A stretch of DNA of 64,000 nucleotides, taken from positions 20,584,001-20,648,000 of the forward strand of contig OX597831.1 of assembly GCA_951406725.2 (NCBI GenBank), written 5' to 3'. Numbering within the stretch: the first letter of the stretch is position 1; every line of letters begins with the position of its first letter. This DNA is from Octopus vulgaris. Its lineage: Eukaryota. The notes beneath the pieces were generated by a model. It did not search any database and was not told the DNA's origin. It worked only from the letters and a program-made list of their open reading frames with translations. Positions 54,841-64,000 of this stretch are shown here, piece after piece. Both the position numbers and the translations under genes were made by a program.

Positions 54841-55659
54841 TCAACGTTACGACAATTAGAAACATATAGACTTTACTTCTTGACAAATAGTTGTCCATTT
54901 ATCAAATATAGTATGCACGCGGCAGTTCTACGAAGAAATGTTTATATAATCACGTTTAGGTTACTTTTATTAAACTTTAATTGAAATTTTACAATGAAAT
55001 GTTGCCACAAATTTCGGAAGGCATTTAAATATTTCAGTTCTTAATTATACTTGCTTTTCATGTTATATAATAAGCATAATTTTTCTAAAAAATGTTTCCT
55101 ATATTCAATCATTAACTAATTGTCGTGACGTAAAATCTCTACGTTTCTAATTGTCATAACAGAGAATTCTTATGTTTATTTTTTATTCTTTCGTTATTCA
55201 CTGACGTCACCAATAGTTGAATACAGAAACAGAATATCTTAGATTATATTTCTTCTTGTTTTCATATGCGTTCGTGTGCTGAAAATATTACCTTTGTTCT
55301 CTTTGAATCTAACTAATTTTGGACCACCTCGAAAACCTTGCGTTAAAATATATTTTCGGAAATACTAATTTCAATGATATTTTCTATATCTAAATATATT
55401 AATTCAACAGAAACAATTGTTGGTTTTATAAAGAAAATTCTAATATTAAAGATGTGATTTTCCCTATGCGTATATTTGCTGTCTAATACTCTGAATTTCA
55501 TGAAATCCTTCAACATATTTGCATCTACTTGCTATACATGAGGAATTACCTCAGATGTGTATTCTACTTGCTTATATTGGAGTCTGGTTGTTGTATATAG
55601 TTAACCAGATCAGTTTAATACTGAGTGCTTTATTGATATTTGCCGGTATTTGTTAATCG

Positions 55660-55731
<72 letters not shown>

Positions 55732-55899
55732 GAGGGTGACGATTACGTGGACATCCATTATGCTAGAAGTAAATCATCTATGGTCTTACCACTAAGAAAG
55801 GATTGTTCTCACTGGTTTTAAATTGATATTAATCAAATTAATATTCAATTTTTCACCCTTATTATTTTAAATTAGATCCGATATAACTGAAAGTAGATT

Positions 55900-56330
55900 C
55901 ACCAACGCATCAAGAACTACAAGTATATGTAAAGCTCCTAGTTTTGAGAAAGCATCCAATTTGTGGTTGAAGTATCGGATCAGTTTAGCTCAGTATACAA
56001 CAACAGTTTAAGCTGCCCACAATCATCATCTTAACTAGATGCAAGAGATGGAAAACTATACAAATTTACAAAATCCATAGAAAAAAACATAGACCCACAA
56101 AATTATAAGGCATATAACATGCTTGCCAATAACGTACACAGTCCGACGATGTAATAGATTTGTCATTCATCTGGAGAGCAACAATACAAAACTAGAAGGA
56201 CAGCACGGGTTTAAGAAAGTATGTATGGCTATTAAGAATAATTCGTACTGGACTGACTGAACCGTCTTTGAAGATAGTAAAAAGTGTAAAGAAAACGTTA
56301 CTTAGCACGGTTTAATGTTCGCATCTTTAG
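55900..56330 (+). mobile_element. Highly decayed R4/Dong-like RT fragment
   Basis: KAPSFEKASNLWLKY, DPQNYK-HITCLPITY and HLESNNTKLEGQHGFKK correspond to early RT motifs. Confidence 0.55.
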
Positions 56331-56709
56331 TTTTTTCATCGCTAAAGATAAGCTTGTTTAGAAACATCGCTATTATTATTACTATAATTTTTTCATTATT
56401 ATTATTATTATTATTTCTATTATTCTTGCATTACCGTTTTTATAACTTACATCTATTGTTTTCATCGTTGTATCATTATCTTCCGTGACAATTGCATGTT
56501 GTTATAACAATGAGAAAAACAATAAGAAGGGGGTTCAATTAGCACTTGTTTCTGCGCGTGGTGATTGTGTTGCAATGAATATTTTGAAATTGTTATCCGT
56601 GACATTTCGAAAAGACAGTAGAACTTTTAGCGAGTAAAAACACCTGCTTTTAACTGATTTGCCTCCTGGGTTCATTTTATTTTACATTCTATTATTATTA
56701 TTATTATTC

Positions 56710-57668
56710 AGTAGTTTTATTTTTATAGCGTGCTTTCACTTCACTACCGAGCACAGCTCTGTGTGCCTTGGGTATGTGCTGTGATTTGTTGTGATGCTCT
56801 GATGGTTATTGTATGGAAAGTGTTCTGCGTAGGATGTGTGCAGTGCCTAGTAGTGCAATTTTCTGTATGTTATATGTGTTTGTAAGTCCTGGTGTTTTTG
56901 TTATGTATTTGTCTGAATATTTTTTTATCATGCCTAATGCACCTACTATGATAGGAATTGTTTCTGTTTTCAGATTCCACATTCTAGTTACCTCTATTTC
57001 CAGGTCTTTGTATTTTGAGAGTTTCTCCATTTCTTTTAGAGACACATTGTCATCTGCCGGTATTGATACATCAATTAGAAAGCATTTTTTTCTTCATGAT
57101 CTCTGACAACTATATCTGGTCTGTTGGCCTTAATTTCTCTATCTGTGTGTATCGGCATATCCCAGAGTATGGTTGCTTTCTCGTTTTCTGTGACCTTTTC
57201 TGGTGTGTGCCTATACCATCTTTTTTCTGTTGTTATTCCATAATGTTGGCATAGCTTCCAATGTATGTAGGTTCCAACTCTGTCATGTCTGTGAATATAT
57301 TCCTTCTTAGCCAAGACTGGGCAGCTAGAGATAATATGATTTATTGTTTCTTGTCCATCTCCACATATTCTGCAGTTACTTGTAATATTTCTTTTCATTA
57401 CATGTTTTTGGTAATTTCTGGTGGGGAGGCTTTGGTCTTGTGCTGCAATTAAAAATCCCTCTGTTTCTGCTTTGAGTCCTGAGCTTCTCAACCATTGCTG
57501 GGATTTTTCTTTGTCTATTTCTTTTGCGTTTAGTTTAGTCCAGTATTTACCATGAAGGGGCTTTTCTTGCCATCGTTTTATCATGGTTCGTTGCTGTTCT
57601 ATTTTTAGTTTGGATTTCATTTGTTTTATAGCTTTTGTTGTTTCTTCATCTTCTTCTTCTTCTTCTTA
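56710..57668 (-). mobile_element. 5'-truncated R4/Dong-clade LINE (zinc knuckle, REL endonuclease, 3' UTR)
   Basis: LHGKY...WLRSSGLKAETEGFLIAAQDQSLPTRNY...CRICG..ETINHIISSC...RHDRV...NRPDIVV, then KLSKYKDLEIE...PIIVGALG. One frameshift. Flanked by (TAA)n. Confidence 0.93.
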
Positions 57669-57758
<90 letters not shown>

Positions 57759-57766
57759 CATTATTA

Positions 57767-57812
<46 letters not shown>

Positions 57813-57832
57813 CATCATTATTATTATTATTA

Positions 57833-57932
<100 letters not shown>

Positions 57933-57936
57933 CATT

Positions 57937-59120
<1,184 letters not shown>

Positions 59121-59464
59121 ATTATCATCATCATTATTATTATTATATGTTTGACTTTTGCTTTGTATTTGTACAAGCTGACTCCAAGTCTCACCCAGAG
59201 ATCCCAAGAGACAGTAAGTTAGAAGTTAAAATTGCTGTTATGCCTAGGATGTCATCATAAGAAAATTATAAGTTTGTTTTAAAATTTGAGATTGCATAGA
59301 CAGTATTTTACGTAGGATGAGATTACATTATTATTATTATTATTATTATTATTATCATTATTATTATTATTATTATTATTATCATTATTATTATTATTAT
59401 TATTATTATTTTTATAATTTTCATTATTATTATTATCATTATCATTATTATTTATTATTATTTA

Positions 59465-59610
<146 letters not shown>

Positions 59611-59849
59611 GAAGAGTTTCATTCTGCTCTATTCAACTGCGTTTCATAGCGTTCTTATGTGAACCGAATCGGTGACTTAAGACTGACGAATTAGGCACGT
59701 ATGACGAGCTTACAAGACTTTAAGTTGCATGATTTCCATGTTTTATTCCTTGTCTTATAATCATGATTAGGGGCATATTCGGCTGAAGTATTAAGATAAG
59801 TGAAAGGGAAATACATACATATTTATATCTATTTCTATATGTGTATATA

Positions 59850-59947
<98 letters not shown>

Positions 59948-60018
59948 GAATACATACATGCATAGGAGTATATGATACATGTAAATATATATATATATAT
60001 ATATAATATATTTACAAA

Positions 60019-60051
<33 letters not shown>

Positions 60052-60223
60052 CCACATCACATATATATATGTACGTGTGTGTTAGTGAGTGTGAGTGCAT
60101 GTGTGTGTCTGTGTGTAATGTAATAATATATTTATATGTATATCTATACGTATATATGTTTGCATATATATATATATATATGTATATATACAAACAGATA
60201 TGTAAATATATGTGTGTGTTTGT

Positions 60224-60263
<40 letters not shown>

Positions 60264-60642
60264 CTGTATGTCATATGATATAACACAAACTAATCCATTT
60301 TCCGAAACTTAATGAATATTTAACAGAAACACTGCAACTTGAAAATCCGTCAGAACAAGCATGACTGCATTCCATTATATCTGCTAAAAATTGGTCATAT
60401 GGAACTGACTGACGGCCACTCCCTCTTACACTGTAACAATTACCATTCATGCGTGAATTTGATCCTAGTAGAGTAATGAAGCAAGGCTTGTACTCCCTCC
60501 GTAAACCCATATCGAAAGAAGTAATGCTTGATAACACCGTCACAGATTCCAACAGCACATACGCACACTCGTACGTTTTTTGTGTGATGAGATGGTATTG
60601 GTGGCGTGTATGCATGTATGCATTCGTGTATGTATGTGTGTA

Positions 60643-60756
<114 letters not shown>

Positions 60757-61096
60757 TAAATATGTATATATATATATATATACATACATATATACATATA
60801 CACAGATATATGCGTAAATCTGTATATATATATATATATACATACATACATTCATATATATATATATATATATACATACATATATACATATATACATATA
60901 TACATTTATATATTCATGAATAAATTCGTACATATATATATATATATACGTATACACACACGCATGCGCACACGCACAGAAAACACACATACACACACGC
61001 ACATATAAAATGGAGATCAAGCTGCGCAAGAAGTTGATTTTAAGGAGAAAATATTAACTTGCTTTGCAAACACAACACAAAAGGACTACATAAACG

Positions 61097-61135
<39 letters not shown>

Positions 61136-61468
61136 GCATACACACACATACACACATGCACAACCACACCCCAACGCCTAAACACGTGATGTGCGTATAT
61201 TAGAGTATCGGTGAGTTAGGTCGTGTATATGTATAATACAATATGCGTATAGTAATATAATACATAATAAATAATATATAACGGAAAAAATATATATAAC
61301 ATATACAGAGGCGTTTCAAATTGCTTGTTAACGCTATTTCGAATGTTTGCATAAATCATAAAATCTAGTGCTTTTAACCATTTCCTTGAGAAATTCAAAA
61401 ATTTTCCATCTTGCTCTATATCTCAAGCTTGGCAATAAATGTTTTAAGTGAAACGAAACGAAGATAGA

Positions 61469-61501
<33 letters not shown>

Positions 61502-61506
61502 GTATA

Positions 61507-61591
<85 letters not shown>

Positions 61592-61954
61592 CGATATAGA
61601 AATGCAAATATAAAATAGACAGAAAAAAAGTAATAGAGAGCAGAAAACAAAAAAAACAACAACACTCCCACGCCCCGCGCCTCCATTCGATCCAAAGATG
61701 TTGATGGAAAAACGCAAAAAGAAAATGGAAGAAAAATAAAAGAAACGAGAGATGGAGAAAAGGAAATGTATGTCAGAAAATTTGATCCAGACCAGTGAAT
61801 GGAATAGTTTATGGCAGATTAGGACGGAGAGGATGAGAGAGAAGGAGAGAGCGAGAGATAAAGAGGGAGGGAGATAGAGAGAGGGACAGAGAGAGAAAGG
61901 AGACAGGGAAACAGACAGAGAGGGAAACAGACAGAGAAAGAGAGAGAGAGAGAG

Positions 61955-62029
61955 GGACAGGGAGTGTGTGGAACAGGGCAGGTATTTGGAGGAGATATGA
62001 AGAGAGTGTGTGAGCGAACGTGAGAGAGA

Positions 62030-62088
<59 letters not shown>

Positions 62089-62430
62089 GCGACAGAGATG
62101 GAAACAGAGAGAGAGAGAGAAAGAAAGAGAGAGAGAGAAAGGGAGAGAGAGAAAGGGAGAGAGAGAGAGGGACAGAGACTGTGTGTAACAGAGCAGGAAT
62201 TTGGAGGAGAAATGAAGAGTGCGAGGGAGCGAATGTGACAGAAGAGAGAGAGAAAGAAAGAGAGAAAGAGAAAGAGAGAGAGAAGGGAGACAGAAAGAGA
62301 CGGGAGACAGAGAGGGCAGCACAGAGAGGGCAGCACAGAGAGAGAGAGACAGACTGAGAGAGAGAGAGAGGGGGGCAGGGAGTGTTTGGAACAGAGCAGG
62401 AATTTGGAGGAGAAATGAAGAGAGCGAGCG
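61955..62430. repeat. Three ~60-bp non-microsatellite units spaced ~210 bp apart in (GA)n
   Basis: GGACAG(G/A)GA.TGT.TG.AACAG.GCAGG.ATTTGGAGGAGA.ATGAAGAG at ~61955, ~62170 and ~62372. Confidence 0.85.
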
Positions 62431-62851
62431 AGAGAGAGAGAGAGAGCGGAAGAAAGGGAGAGAGAGGAAGAAAGAGAGAGAAAGAGAGAGACAGAGGAAG
62501 AAAGATAGAGACAGAGGAAGAAAGAGAGAGAAAAGAGAGAGAGGGCTGTTTTTTCATTTAAGTTTTTTGTTTGTATCTATCTAGATCGTGTGGTACGGTT
62601 TGATACATCGATGAAGAATATATCGATGTCCTCTAACATTTATTCAATAACTTAAATGTTTCACGGATGTTATCGCACTCTCTGCTGGCATTTCTGACTT
62701 TTTCTTTTGGTTTTGTTTTTGTACGCTCAATATAGTCTATATAGTGAGAATTACAAACGCGCACATTAAACACGTGCATATACATTATATTCTTTTATTT
62801 TTTTTGTACCTTTTAGCACTAACGCTGTAGCCATGCTGAGACGCCATATAT

Positions 62852-63007
62852 ATGGCTGTGTGGTAAGAATCTTCCTTCCCAACGAGATGGTTCTGGATTC
62901 AGTCCCACTGCGTGGGACTTTCGGCAGGTGGTGTCTCCTACGATACCCCACGGGCCGACCAAAGCCTTGTGAGTGGATTTGGTAGACGGAAACTAAATGA
63001 AGTCCGT

Positions 63008-63012
<5 letters not shown>
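62852..63012 (+). mobile_element. OK-like SINE 5' half
   Basis: TGGCTGTGTGGTAAG...GGATTTGGTAGACGGAAACT. Confidence 0.85.
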
Positions 63013-63063
<51 letters not shown>

Positions 63064-63155
63064 CACATGTATATATATATATGTGATCTCTTGAGCACCA
63101 CCAGCTCAAATATTTTTTCCTTTGTCTTCCCTTCTTGGGATCTTTCCTTCTCCTT

Positions 63156-63190
63156 GTTTCCGACGAAGAGCTCCGCTCGAAACGTTAAAC
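63156..63190 (+). ncRNA. Minimal type I hammerhead ribozyme-like motif (Penelope-type)
   Basis: GTTT-[CCGACGA]-A-GAGC-tcc-GCTC-[GAAA]-CG-[TT]-AAAC. Stem III is the palindrome AACGTT. Confidence 0.65.
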
Positions 63191-63291
63191 CCTCCTTCCC
63201 TTCTTTCCTGAGCGTCAATAATACTTTAATTGTTCCACGTCCTGCGTTGCTGTATATATTTTTCTCTTTTTTCTGTGTTTTCTTGTTTGGA

Positions 63292-63351
<60 letters not shown>

Positions 63352-63370
63352 CATACATATATATGTGCAC

Positions 63371-63445
<75 letters not shown>

Positions 63446-64000
63446 CATACTGCTATTTAGTCCTAGGAAGCAGCAACGCTTCCTGTCGGACTTGACATTT
63501 CCTGTGTCATTATGTTTGAATGGGGGAAATAAGCACCTCCACCCAGCTAAGCCTGCTCCCAGAGACTAGTTTCTGAGTCTTTGCTTGTCATCAGTCTGGA
63601 GTAGCTTGGCCTTATTTCTTTATTATTGGCACAATGGCCTGATTATATATATAGAGGGGACAATACAAAATACATGCGGGGACACAAAACGAATGAAAAA
63701 AATGAAAATGAAATGAATATAAACAGGATGTAAATGAGACAGCCGCCTCGCCCCCGCTGCGAGACGAACTGTGATTATCTCTACATAGAACTTACTTTCT
63801 TAAACTTACAAAAAAACTTAACAAAAAACATTTGCTACAATGCGAAACTGTGTCCTTTTCTTTCATTTTTTTTTGTTCTACAGTTCGTATATGACCTTTT
63901 ACGAATTACAATTTTTCTTTCTCTTTTCTTTTTTTTTTACGATGTAATTGTTTGTTCATCAATTTTTCATTATTACGATTTATAACGTTCATTTTTTTCC

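Noticed and set aside
61334-62557. 407-aa S/L-rich ORF, the longest in the window
   Set aside because: Translation of a (CT)-rich strand and (TA)n that lack stop codons by composition.

Overview
Repeat-saturated, AT-rich animal DNA, most likely octopus. This is inferred from tRNA-derived SINEs resembling the octopus OK/OR families and extreme (TA)n/(CA)n/(ATT)n microsatellite density. No intact protein-coding gene is visible, and nearly all ORF-track entries are microsatellite or SINE artefacts. The one clearly intact gene is a tRNA-Lys(CTT) at 51481-51553 (-). The rest is SINEs (at least three families), Tc1/mariner, hAT and possible Helitron remnants, a solo LTR, and Penelope, Tx1/L1, RTE, HERO-like and R4/Dong LINE fragments. 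Three less obvious signals stand out. (1) An old triplication (about 8.8-15.3, 25.0-35.8 and 37.3-41.0 kb) of a decayed multi-exon gene with a signal-peptide-like start, tentatively ionotropic-receptor-like. (2) Several minimal Penelope-type hammerhead ribozyme motifs, three with a CCGA core variant. (3) A HERO-like 3' UTR holding all hammerhead core strands in a non-canonical order. All alignments and translations were done by eye, so boundaries are approximate.
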